The position numbers and the translations under genes are program-made. Shown here in pieces: positions 18,401 to 27,566 of a DNA stretch of 64,000 nucleotides (within the stretch, counting starts at the first letter, position 1; each line of letters begins with the position of its first letter). The notes under the pieces are model-generated. The model saw only the letters and a list, made by a program, of their open reading frames with translations. It did no database searches and was not told the origin of the DNA. Origin of the DNA: a virus. Its lineage: Duplodnaviria; Caudoviricetes. The stretch covers positions 2,587-66,586 of IMG/VR virus record IMGVR_UViG_2840904412_000001; one strand, written 5' to 3'.

Positions 18401-19257
18401 TTGATAGAAATAAAAACAAAAAAATGACTGCTGAAATGCTTAGAGAAAAGAACAATAAAACCGAAACAGAAAACCTTAAAGTATATCGTTCATTGCTAGA
18501 CAGAGCTGAAAAAGTATTACAAGAGGCTAAAGGACTAGATAAAGGAGATTCCGAAGGAGGCTCTTCTGATAGTGGTTCTAGTGCCTCAGATGTAGAAGGT
18601 ACGGGTAAAAAGAAAATCTGGAACTTCCTTAAGAAGAAAGGATTATCCGATGCACAAGTAGCAGGTATTATGGGGAACTTTGAGCAAGAATCAGGTATGG
18701 ACCCAACCGCTACTAACCCAAGTTCAGGTGCTTATGGTATTGCACAGTGGTTAGGTGGACGTAAATCAAACCTTCAATCATTTGCTAAGTCTAAAGGTAA
18801 AAAGGCTAGTGATTTAGATGCACAATTAGACTTTTTATGGCATGAAATGCAAGGCTCCGAAAAAGGTAGCCTAGGTAGATTTAATAAAGCTAAGACAGTA
18901 GAAGAAGCTACTAAATATTGGGCTCAGGACTTCGAACGCATGGGAGCAGGAGAAGCAATGATGGGTAAACGTGTTTCTAATGCTAACAAATACAAGAAAG
19001 CATATGCAGGTGGAGGTGGAGGTAACTGGGGTAACCCATTACAACAATCTTCCCTACGTAACACACCAGTATCATCATTTATTCCTAACTCACAAAGTAA
19101 CAGTACTTCAGTAAATAACAATAATGCTATTAACATAAATATTAATATAGAAGGCTCAGATAACCCTAAAGATACTGCTATTGCGGTTGAAGAACGATTA
19201 AATAGAACTTTAAGCAGTAACATAGATATATTTACAAATAGACACAGAAGAGTATAA
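15478..19257 (+). CDS. Tape measure protein with C-terminal lysozyme-like (phage tail lysozyme) domain
   Basis: 1259 aa, helical then Gly-rich; IWNFL..GLSDAQVAGIMGNFEQES..GIAQWLGGR domain. Confidence 0.88.
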   Translation: MLNDSYRLVLSADSSDLENGLIAIQAYMDALEKSNIDAPLDKFNEKLKQIAKEIKNVQKIQKNVEGTSFVKAKDMNELVNSSKKAHKEISDLQEALQDVAETNKIKGFIDPKVLKTFSSLNNALKETGNIVDEVSGKSIGVDADIKQRMRDMKEFGTQTKKAMELQKQFEDISAHKKNLSATQRRVSGTLDRTRSTNRMTYIQSEKMKSDLSMLGSSKQRKTQAESTMSSLRDEQRKARQQYKEIQGRASRNEISETERRKLSAEIQSEIQIRSKVIQKYEELSKELDKSIGSYNKNNAEYSGRTVEARRGSFGSLVADRAPSIGSHAVMGALAPLTAMFFNGRSISQQNRPRKIALGQQLGTNIDNVGNYMNGGMKEKGLGYDRGATLEMAQGVTSATGVTDQSKVKGMVDVLASSSRSMGLNDEEGFRSTLSDIQHTGAYKDSSSLGQFTDAVYGGIRQAGLEGRADEQIKALGQISESVGRGRTLTDKDMNNVTAFQSALASSGSKALQGQQGASVMVGLNEGIKGANNDPYLRNMMGLTDKYGGGVVGMYKSQQQLDKGILDPENVTSGLNRIKNSGASREEQEAHAWAYMRELNPEISTEASKKIYDLNDKGKLTEEELHKAILDDQEKGKESKDKNEKDYKESQAGKDNRNEANANNTSEDAYDMTAEIRNLSGTITGLGVGVTALAGAVTGLAVAVAKSAGMMGAGQVFKWGTSKFQKPGTKGVPGNLTGGGTKGGGFFGRAKDLGKRAVGWDSERGWQGAKGSFNDPLKDQVGRAKGSFTDTARKAKNTDWKGKGKALGKSLFESGKDVGKGSVFSDIGKKAKGLFTNRGNNGIVAGGASAMGDIGGLSRMGGIIGKIAMPLGVAGSLFNVGNQMSQGSSLNDSLVGEASKWIDPLGLGYGKSITGQFTDKAMKGKSLIGWNTPKGSGDFGLLGKAWSSLFGSKDSENKAGGGGGSSDTNVLNGAKVDRNKNKKMTAEMLREKNNKTETENLKVYRSLLDRAEKVLQEAKGLDKGDSEGGSSDSGSSASDVEGTGKKKIWNFLKKKGLSDAQVAGIMGNFEQESGMDPTATNPSSGAYGIAQWLGGRKSNLQSFAKSKGKKASDLDAQLDFLWHEMQGSEKGSLGRFNKAKTVEEATKYWAQDFERMGAGEAMMGKRVSNANKYKKAYAGGGGGNWGNPLQQSSLRNTPVSSFIPNSQSNSTSVNNNNAINININIEGSDNPKDTAIAVEERLNRTLSSNIDIFTNRHRRV

Positions 19258-19304
19258 GGGTAGGGTAATAATACCCTTCCCTTATTTTTAAAGGAAGTGG
19301 AATT

Positions 19305-21719
19305 TTGGCTCACAAAATGCATAGATTTAGAAGACCTAAAATAAGATTTGAATTTCATACAGATGAAAATATTTTTACATTAAGATATGAAAATACAAAA
19401 GATGTGTCAGGAGAACAACTAGGAGACAAGATTATAAATTTTGAAACTAAAAATGCAATGGCTGATGATAGTGCAGTATTTGTTCTCACACTAGCAGGGG
19501 ATACTTATTGGGATAAGTTGCTGATGATAAATGACATTGTTAAAATATTTGTTAACCCTAGTATGGAAGATGACACGGAAGAGCAAGTACTCATAGGTAT
19601 GATTTCATCTGTAAACAACGTAGGTAGTTATGGTAATAACCAAAAAGCATATAGAATTACTGGACAATCATTTTCTAAACCGTTTATGAAGTTTGGATTA
19701 GGTGTTATGCGTGAAGTAAACGCCTTTCTACCTATGGCGGGTTGGTTAGAAGATGGTGAAGGAGAAGGAAAAATTAAGTTCACTGGTAGTTCTTCTCATG
19801 AAGTTATGAAGCAGATACTAGATAGATTTGTTCCTTATATGAGATATAAGTACCCTAATAAACAAGGAAAGCCTATCAGTAACCTAACGGAATATTTTAT
19901 GTGGGACAATTTAGAAAGTTGGGATGAGTACGAGAATATACGTGATGTCACACCTTTTATAAATTTTGATGGTAGCCTGTCTGATTTAATGGATTTTACC
20001 ACAGCAAAACCATTTAATGAGAAATTTTATAGAAATAATAAAGAGCATGGGAAAACAGAACTAATATTAAGAAGGACACCCTTTAACCCAACTCAATGGC
20101 GTGCATTAGAGTACACTGTGGTAGAGACAGAGGACCTTATAGAAGAAGATGTAGGTAAAAATGATGTAGAGACCTATTCTATATTTAACGTAACAAATAG
20201 TATGATGTATAAGCAGATAGATGCTAAGGTATTTTCAAAACCGCAATACCATAAAAGACTTGTAGACAGATACGGATATACTAGGTTAGAAGTAGAAAAC
20301 CCTTTTATATTTGATGAGGATAGCTCTACTACTGATGAAGAAAGTAATGACAATGATACTGGACAAGAATTAGGTACATATGATAAAATAGTAAGAGACC
20401 TAGACAATATGGGAAGAGATAACATTTCCCGTAATACAGAAAAAATGATTTCTAAATTAGCTCGAACATATAGAAACGTACGTAAAGATAAAGCTAAAAA
20501 GATAGTAGACTATTATGTAGAAAACGGAAAAGTACCACAAGATGAATATGAAAAAATAGTAGGAAGAACAGTAGAATCAGAACAAGAACAGGATAAAAGA
20601 CCAGAAGCCACTAAAGATTCAGTCATAAAGATTATTGATGACATATTTAAAAAAGAAGATGATTATAAGAATAAAGAAAAGAAAAATAAGGCTATTGGTA
20701 AACTAAGTAAGGACTTTAGATTTGGGAATAGAGCAAAGTCTAAAAAGCTAGTGGATAGACTAGATAAGACAAAAGGAGCTACCAAAGATAAAGATGTTGA
20801 GTCCTTTATTAAAGAGCTAACCGGCTTGTCTAATGTTTCTGCTGACACGGGCTCAGACCCTAGTGATTCTCCTTTACTTATATTTTCTAAGATGCTTTTT
20901 AATTGGTACCATAATAATCCTAATTTCTTTTCCGGAGAAATAACAGTGCTAGGACATCCAAAATACGATTTAGGTCAAAGACTTTTTGTAAAAGATAATC
21001 AAAGAGATGAGATGTGGGAGTTCTATGTAGAATCTGTACAACATAAATTTTCATATAAAGAAGGATACATCACTATCTTAGGGGTTACCAGAGGATTAAA
21101 GTCTGCTACTATACCAGAAGGAAGTAAATATAGGTTTGCAAAACCGTGGGGGGACTCTTCTAACTTTGAGGGAGGACTCTTGGGTGAAAAAACGTCTGAG
21201 GCTTTGAAATCACAAGGAGTTGAAGAGCGTAAAAGTTCTGGTAGTGATTCAGAGTCTAGTGGAGAACATCACTCAGGAGCTTCTTTATCTAGCCTAGACA
21301 AAAAATATAAAGGTAAAGAACTACCCACCCCTAGAAACAAAACAGACACTAATTGGACTGCTCCAGGGAACCCTAATACAGGGCAGTGGGCTAGAGAGTG
21401 TACGTGGTATTGTTACAATAGACGTTATGAATTAGGATTAAAAGCTGTTGCATATGGCGATGCTGCAGATTGGATTGCAGGCGCTAGGGGAGCAGGTGTA
21501 TCTACAGGAAAAGAACCTAAAAGAGGAGCAGTGGCTGTATGGGCTAGGGGTGTTCCAGGAGGTTCTGCACAATACGGTCACGTAGCTTTTGTTGAGAAGG
21601 TTACAGATGATGGTATCTATGTTTCAGATTATAACTATGCGTCACCTAAAACTTATGGTGAGCGCCTATATAAAAAAGGAAGCCCAGAATATAGAAATGC
21701 ACAATATATTTATGATTAA
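19305..21719 (+). CDS. Baseplate hub / tail-associated lysin with C-terminal CHAP domain
   Basis: ECTWYC...GDAADW...YGHVAFVE..VSDYN CHAP motifs. Confidence 0.88.
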   Translation: MAHKMHRFRRPKIRFEFHTDENIFTLRYENTKDVSGEQLGDKIINFETKNAMADDSAVFVLTLAGDTYWDKLLMINDIVKIFVNPSMEDDTEEQVLIGMISSVNNVGSYGNNQKAYRITGQSFSKPFMKFGLGVMREVNAFLPMAGWLEDGEGEGKIKFTGSSSHEVMKQILDRFVPYMRYKYPNKQGKPISNLTEYFMWDNLESWDEYENIRDVTPFINFDGSLSDLMDFTTAKPFNEKFYRNNKEHGKTELILRRTPFNPTQWRALEYTVVETEDLIEEDVGKNDVETYSIFNVTNSMMYKQIDAKVFSKPQYHKRLVDRYGYTRLEVENPFIFDEDSSTTDEESNDNDTGQELGTYDKIVRDLDNMGRDNISRNTEKMISKLARTYRNVRKDKAKKIVDYYVENGKVPQDEYEKIVGRTVESEQEQDKRPEATKDSVIKIIDDIFKKEDDYKNKEKKNKAIGKLSKDFRFGNRAKSKKLVDRLDKTKGATKDKDVESFIKELTGLSNVSADTGSDPSDSPLLIFSKMLFNWYHNNPNFFSGEITVLGHPKYDLGQRLFVKDNQRDEMWEFYVESVQHKFSYKEGYITILGVTRGLKSATIPEGSKYRFAKPWGDSSNFEGGLLGEKTSEALKSQGVEERKSSGSDSESSGEHHSGASLSSLDKKYKGKELPTPRNKTDTNWTAPGNPNTGQWARECTWYCYNRRYELGLKAVAYGDAADWIAGARGAGVSTGKEPKRGAVAVWARGVPGGSAQYGHVAFVEKVTDDGIYVSDYNYASPKTYGERLYKKGSPEYRNAQYIYD

Positions 21720-21722
21720 AGG

Positions 21723-22589
21723 ATGATTGTTATGAGAATAGAGCAAATAGTAGAGCTATACATAGATAATATATATAGTTACCCGTACCCTTATGATGAG
21801 GAAATGTTTAATAAAAAGAATACAGAAATACAGCCTTTTGTAGACACTTCTCTATATAGAGCAATACAGCGCTTAAGACCTTACTATGATGTTATAGAGT
21901 ATATGAATATATCAAAAAAAGAGTATAAAGTCAGAGAAATGACAATAGGAGAGTATGAGGTAGACTTTAAAGTAGACACAGTGTCAAAAACAAACTTTAA
22001 CCATTATTCAGAATCTACTTTTAAAGAATCTATTAAAATACAATTAAACCCTATTAAAATTGAAAGTCTAGATAATTCAGCAGAACAACACTATGCTACT
22101 TATAAGGAGTTAGAGGATAACTACAAATATGAGTTAACTTTACCCTATAAAGTAGTAGAGGTACTACAAAAAAATATAGGAAATAAAAGTATACAATATC
22201 AATTTAAAGGTTCTCCTAAAGATAACCCTTTTGATACTAATAGTACTTCTTTATTAGATTCTTATAATATGGTGTACTGGTTATATAATAATGAAGATAC
22301 AAAATTAAACTACCCGTTAGACTATAACTCGTTATTAAATAGTGGCGTATTTAACGATGTTAGTTTTCAACATAGATATATATCTGACATAGATACATTA
22401 GAAGATGGTGACTTACTATTTTTTGGTAAACATAGTAGTATAGTGGGAGTATACACAGGAGATAAAAAATATGTAACAATAAAAGGGAAGTTTCCTAGAG
22501 ATATTACAACTATATCAACTTATGATTTAGAAAAAGATTGGGAAGCATTTAACGGTAAAATATTTAGATTAAAGGAAGATTACTTATGA
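21723..22589 (+). CDS. Tail protein with NlpC/P60-like C-terminus
   Basis: LEDGDLLFF...VGVYTGD motif; synteny. Confidence 0.65.
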   Translation: MIVMRIEQIVELYIDNIYSYPYPYDEEMFNKKNTEIQPFVDTSLYRAIQRLRPYYDVIEYMNISKKEYKVREMTIGEYEVDFKVDTVSKTNFNHYSESTFKESIKIQLNPIKIESLDNSAEQHYATYKELEDNYKYELTLPYKVVEVLQKNIGNKSIQYQFKGSPKDNPFDTNSTSLLDSYNMVYWLYNNEDTKLNYPLDYNSLLNSGVFNDVSFQHRYISDIDTLEDGDLLFFGKHSSIVGVYTGDKKYVTIKGKFPRDITTISTYDLEKDWEAFNGKIFRLKEDYL

Positions 22590-24400
22590 TACAACTACAA
22601 TCATCCTTAGGAAAAGGCTTAAAACAGATTGATTCAGATGACTTTAATATACAAGATTTACTTATTGGGAAAGTAGTTAAAGTTAATTATAGAACACATA
22701 CTGTAGAAGTAAATGTAAATAACAATACTTTAGGAACAAACCCTGTGAAAAATGGTGAAAACTTTTCTGTGCCGTATCCTAGAAAGTTTATTGGAACAAC
22801 CCCTGAGGGTAGTACTTTTGGGAGTAATGAACTAATTACACCTGGCTCTATTGTTCTTGTAGGGTTTTTAGACTCCTCATACAACAACCCTATTATAATA
22901 AGTACATACGGGACGTCTTTACAAAATAAACTGTTAAGTACATCTCATATGGAGACAGGTAATTTTAAAGATGATAACTATTATAAATACTTTAGTGTAA
23001 TACATAATATATACCCGTCTATGACATATGACTTTCATGATGGTGAGGGTACTATGATTAAGACCTTTAATGGTAAATCTTTTTTATCTATAACATCTAA
23101 TGAAGAAGAGAAACCACAAGCAACAGATTATCATGTAGGTACAGATTATTATGACTTGTATCCCTCTTATTATAGTAATAAAAAGACTAAAGAACCTAGA
23201 AGTCAAAAAGCCCCAAACATGCTTTTTAAGCACCAAGGAATGCTGAATAATAACAATGAACCAGATAATCATATCACAGCCTTCTATATAGACCAGAATG
23301 GAACTATTAGATTTTCTGTTATGGAGAAAGATTTACAGAAGCGTACGTTTTTTGAGATTGATAATGAAGGTAATCAACGCACAACATACCAAGGGGATAG
23401 CTTATTGTTAGACGAGGCACAAATCTGGGTAGAGTATGGTATTAATTCTGAAACAAACACCTTTTATATAAAAAATGACAAGCATAAACTAGAGTTTACA
23501 GATAGAGGTTTAGAGATAAATAATAAACCAATTTTAGATAACCTAGATAATAGTGTAGAAGATGCTATTAAAAATTTAGAAGATGTTAAAAAAGGACTAG
23601 AAGAAATCAACTATCTCTTAGACGGTGTGGGTAAAGAGAATATTAAAGAGCTTATAGATACCACAAAAGTAGCTATAGAAAAAGCTAACAAAGCAGATAG
23701 TACCACTAAAGATTTCCAGTCTAATATAGATACTGTGAGTGCTAAGTTAGACAGCGCAATAGAGAAGTACGATACTTTCATGAACGAGACTATTAAGGAC
23801 TACATAGAGAGTACTAGCACACAATTACAAACAATCAATCAGAACTATATATCAATTAAAAACATTGTAGAACCTTTAAAAGGTATATCAGAAAAAGTAA
23901 CAACATTAGAGAACACAACAACTGCATCTAGTATTTCTAAGCTAGTTAAAGATAACTATATAAATGACAAAGATACTGTAACAATAGAGCAAGTAAATAC
24001 ATCTATACCTACTATTATTGTAGTACCTGAGTCTTTACGAAGTTCTAGTACTTTTCAGCAAGATTTAAGTAACTTTTCAGTAAGTGTTCTTGAGCAAGAG
24101 TCTGAAGAGCAGAGAATAGCTTACATTGATTCGGAGTTAAAAACATTAGAAGAAACCTCTTTACATAGGTTAGTAGGAAAAAAAGAGTATCCTCTAATAG
24201 TAACATATAAAGATAACCAAAATAATGTTAAAACATTTAATACTACAAACTATAAATTATTGTACAATAAAGAGTTTATTCCTTTAGACAATGTTAATGT
24301 ACAAATATCAAATAGTAATATAATATCCAAATTTAAAATAGGATATGGTGTACTAAATGAGTTTATAGATGATAAAGGCTTTACGTCAAAAGATTGGTAA
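22586..24400 (+). CDS. Baseplate central spike-like protein (GDPD-bearing in K-like phages)
   Basis: N-terminal OB-like GKVVKVNY...VLVGF, coiled-coil middle; synteny. Confidence 0.6.
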   Translation: MIQLQSSLGKGLKQIDSDDFNIQDLLIGKVVKVNYRTHTVEVNVNNNTLGTNPVKNGENFSVPYPRKFIGTTPEGSTFGSNELITPGSIVLVGFLDSSYNNPIIISTYGTSLQNKLLSTSHMETGNFKDDNYYKYFSVIHNIYPSMTYDFHDGEGTMIKTFNGKSFLSITSNEEEKPQATDYHVGTDYYDLYPSYYSNKKTKEPRSQKAPNMLFKHQGMLNNNNEPDNHITAFYIDQNGTIRFSVMEKDLQKRTFFEIDNEGNQRTTYQGDSLLLDEAQIWVEYGINSETNTFYIKNDKHKLEFTDRGLEINNKPILDNLDNSVEDAIKNLEDVKKGLEEINYLLDGVGKENIKELIDTTKVAIEKANKADSTTKDFQSNIDTVSAKLDSAIEKYDTFMNETIKDYIESTSTQLQTINQNYISIKNIVEPLKGISEKVTTLENTTTASSISKLVKDNYINDKDTVTIEQVNTSIPTIIVVPESLRSSSTFQQDLSNFSVSVLEQESEEQRIAYIDSELKTLEETSLHRLVGKKEYPLIVTYKDNQNNVKTFNTTNYKLLYNKEFIPLDNVNVQISNSNIISKFKIGYGVLNEFIDDKGFTSKDW

Positions 24401-24492
24401 GCACCTATGCTTACCTTTTTTTTGATGTTATATTAAAATTGAATTGATATATTAAATAGAATATGATATAATAGGTTTTGAGGTGATTAACC

Positions 24493-25272
24493 ATGCCACA
24501 ATCTGATGGAAAAAACACATTGATGAGAATGAGTTTAATAATCCCAGACAATAATGGAAATAAGCATACATACAGGTTTAAAGTAAACCCAGAAAACTAC
24601 AGTATAGAACACCCTCAACGTTCTAATATTATTAAAACAAAATCAGATGTTATTTTTGAGGACTATGGTTCAGATGTAAAAACAATAACATTTTCAGGTA
24701 CCACAGGATTTAAGCAAGCAAGAAATACAAATGGTATAGTTCAAACAGGTAAAGAACGTATGGATGAGTTAGAAGAAAGAATTGTAGAATACTCTAATAT
24801 ATCTAACTCTGGTAGCGTATCTATATCTAAAATGGAACTATACAATTGGACAGATAATAAGTATTATAAAGTGCACTTAGCACCACAGGGATTAAAAATT
24901 GACCGTTCAGCAGATAAACCTCTTCTTTTTAACTATGAAATCTCTTTAATGGTTTTAGGAGATGCAGGAGAGCCAGATAGAAGTTCCCAAGTAGACCCTG
25001 AATTTGGCAATGTAGTAAAACCAGGGGAAGAAGATGTTAAAAATAGACTAAGTAACAGTAGTAGTGATGTTATAAGAAACAGGGATAGAAACAATCAAAA
25101 ATATTCAGTTTATGACAACACTAGAGAAAACATAAGAATGAAAAACGGTAATAACTTATCGTCTAATGGTAAAGTAATATATAATCCAAGAGTAACAACT
25201 AATGGATTAAGTGGGACATTAGATTCTACGGCACTTTTAATAGGGTATGGAGATGGAGGAATACAAACATGA
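24493..25272 (+). CDS. Baseplate / tube initiator-like protein
   Basis: MPQSDG...FKVNPENY...ITFSGTTG; late motif at 24426. Confidence 0.7.
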   Translation: MPQSDGKNTLMRMSLIIPDNNGNKHTYRFKVNPENYSIEHPQRSNIIKTKSDVIFEDYGSDVKTITFSGTTGFKQARNTNGIVQTGKERMDELEERIVEYSNISNSGSVSISKMELYNWTDNKYYKVHLAPQGLKIDRSADKPLLFNYEISLMVLGDAGEPDRSSQVDPEFGNVVKPGEEDVKNRLSNSSSDVIRNRDRNNQKYSVYDNTRENIRMKNGNNLSSNGKVIYNPRVTTNGLSGTLDSTALLIGYGDGGIQT

Positions 25273-25802
25273 GACATATAATAGAACAGCCATCTGGTTT
25301 ATTAACATACTTAAATTCTATTCATAATGATACACGGTACTTGAATTTTAACCTTTTAGACGAAGAGATTATGTTTGTGTCTAGATTTTATACACCAAGA
25401 CTCCAATTAAGTGAGTTATCTTTAAGAACATTAAAGGAAATACAAGAAGATAAAATACCAAAAAAAGAAAGATATTTTAACACTAACACAATACCTGAAA
25501 AAGTAAAAAATTCTTCTTTACAGTTGCAGAATCCTCGTGTATACTATATACTACAGACTATTATTTTAGAGGCATACTCTATAGTAAACTGTTTTATAGA
25601 GAATCCAGATAACTTAGTATACTTAACAGATAAAGATATGGATATTATAGTAAGTAATATAGCTTATACAATAGATTACTTAACTGAGTATGAAGAGTAT
25701 AATAGTTTAGTTTTAGATTTGAGACAACTAGAGATGAACCTAAATAACATTAAGTTACAATTACCTCTTTTAAAGAAGGAGATACTGACAAATGAGGTTT
25801 AA
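25269..25802 (+). CDS. Baseplate module protein
   Basis: Coupled ORF; synteny. Confidence 0.6.
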   Translation: MRHIIEQPSGLLTYLNSIHNDTRYLNFNLLDEEIMFVSRFYTPRLQLSELSLRTLKEIQEDKIPKKERYFNTNTIPEKVKNSSLQLQNPRVYYILQTIILEAYSIVNCFIENPDNLVYLTDKDMDIIVSNIAYTIDYLTEYEEYNSLVLDLRQLEMNLNNIKLQLPLLKKEILTNEV

Positions 25803-26493
25803 AAAACATGAGGTATTTTATAGTGAAACTATGCAAGCAATATCTCAAAAGTACTTTAACACTCCAAGCTATTGGATTGACCTTGTAGAACATAATGATT
25901 TAAGATACCCATATATTGTAGAAACAGATAATGAAAAAAAAGAAAACCCAGAACACTTAGTTACTTATGGGGATACAATTATTATACCTTCGGAAGAGGA
26001 ATTATCTAATGTATCCTTACAGGAGCTAAATAAAAAAGATACAGAAACTTTGGTAGAATTATCACTTGGGAGAGACTTAAATATTACAGATGACGAGAAG
26101 TACTTTAATGCTCATGGTAGTAGTGATGAGATATTAGCTTTTACAGATAATGGTAGCGGGGACTTAGATGTCGTTAGGGGTGTAAGTAACATAAAACAAC
26201 AGTTACAAACACGATTATTAACACCAAAAGGTAGTTTACTACTGCACCCAGAATATGGTTCCGAGATTCACAATTTATTTACATATAATACTATAGAAAC
26301 AGCTACACTTATTGAGATGGAAGTGGCACGAACTTTAAAAGTAGATACACGAGTAGAGAATGTAAATATTATAAACTGGACGATAAAAGGCAACGAATAC
26401 CATGGGGAATTCGAGGTTAATATACGTTCTGTTGAGAATTCTATTAGATTTGTTCTAAATATGGACGATTCTGGTATAATTGCATTATTTTAA
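25792..26493 (+). CDS. Baseplate wedge protein (LysM-like N-terminus, gp25-like C-terminus)
   Basis: RLLTPKGSLLLHPEYGS gp25-like motif. Confidence 0.8.
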   Translation: MRFKKHEVFYSETMQAISQKYFNTPSYWIDLVEHNDLRYPYIVETDNEKKENPEHLVTYGDTIIIPSEEELSNVSLQELNKKDTETLVELSLGRDLNITDDEKYFNAHGSSDEILAFTDNGSGDLDVVRGVSNIKQQLQTRLLTPKGSLLLHPEYGSEIHNLFTYNTIETATLIEMEVARTLKVDTRVENVNIINWTIKGNEYHGEFEVNIRSVENSIRFVLNMDDSGIIALF

Positions 26494-26509
26494 TAGAAAG
26501 GAAATTTTT

Positions 26510-27556
26510 ATGGAAACAAGGAAATTTACTAATATATTATCTAAGTTAATAGATAAAACAATGGTAGCTACACATAAAGTTACTGACTTTACTCCTGGTT
26601 CTGCTATTCGTTCTTTGTATGAGGCTATAGCCCTAGAGATAGAGCAATTATATATTTTAACAAAAGAGAATATTTACTGGGGTATTCAAGAAGGTGTTAT
26701 TGAATCATTTGATTTTAAACGTAGACATGCTAGAAAGGCATATGGGAATGTAACACTTAGGTTCTATAACCCTATTGAGGAAGATTATATCATTCCTAGG
26801 GGTACTACCTTTACATCAACTAATCAAGAGTACCCATATCAATTTGAAACATTAGTAGAGTATAGAGTACCTAAAGATTCTACTGAAGCTATACTAGAAG
26901 TATTCTCTAAACAAACAGGAGCATCAAGTAATATACCTGAGAACACATTAAATGTAATGACAAGCTCTCCTCCTAGCTTACGTTCTGTTAGTAATGAAAC
27001 ATCATTCAATACAGGCGCAGACTTAGAATCGTTAGAAGATTTTAAAAAACGATTCCAAGACTTTGTAGAAACTAGAGGCAGAGCTACTAATAAATCAATT
27101 CGATATGGTGCTATGCAAGTACCTGATGTGGAGGGGGTTTATGTTTATGAACAAGTAGGATTAGTTACAGCTTTTGTTCATGATAGAAATGGTAACCTAC
27201 CAGATACTGTAAAAAAGAATGTTGAGCAAGAACTAGAGGACTATAGACCTAGTGGTATAATGCTAAGAGTAGCTCCTGTAATTAAAACGTTAACTGATAT
27301 TAGTGTACGAGTGACTTTATCTAACAAGGATAGGATTTCTGATACATTAGAGCACCATATAGAACAAGTAATTAGAACGTACTTAAATAATTTTAAAGTT
27401 TCTGATGATTTAATTTTGAATGACTTAATTCAAGTTATTATGAACATAGATGATAGACTTATTTATGATGTAGAGTTTTCTACAATCCATGGAAACACAA
27501 TAACTAAACCTGAGGAAATTATTCGAGCAGGTAACATAGATGTAACTTTAATATAG
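26510..27556 (+). CDS. Baseplate J-like protein
   Basis: TDFTPGSAIRSLYEA, IPRGT, GADLESLEDFKKR, YRPSGI motifs; ATG 26510 follows AAAGGA. Confidence 0.85.
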   Translation: METRKFTNILSKLIDKTMVATHKVTDFTPGSAIRSLYEAIALEIEQLYILTKENIYWGIQEGVIESFDFKRRHARKAYGNVTLRFYNPIEEDYIIPRGTTFTSTNQEYPYQFETLVEYRVPKDSTEAILEVFSKQTGASSNIPENTLNVMTSSPPSLRSVSNETSFNTGADLESLEDFKKRFQDFVETRGRATNKSIRYGAMQVPDVEGVYVYEQVGLVTAFVHDRNGNLPDTVKKNVEQELEDYRPSGIMLRVAPVIKTLTDISVRVTLSNKDRISDTLEHHIEQVIRTYLNNFKVSDDLILNDLIQVIMNIDDRLIYDVEFSTIHGNTITKPEEIIRAGNIDVTLI

Positions 27557-27566
27557 GAGGGGTCTT

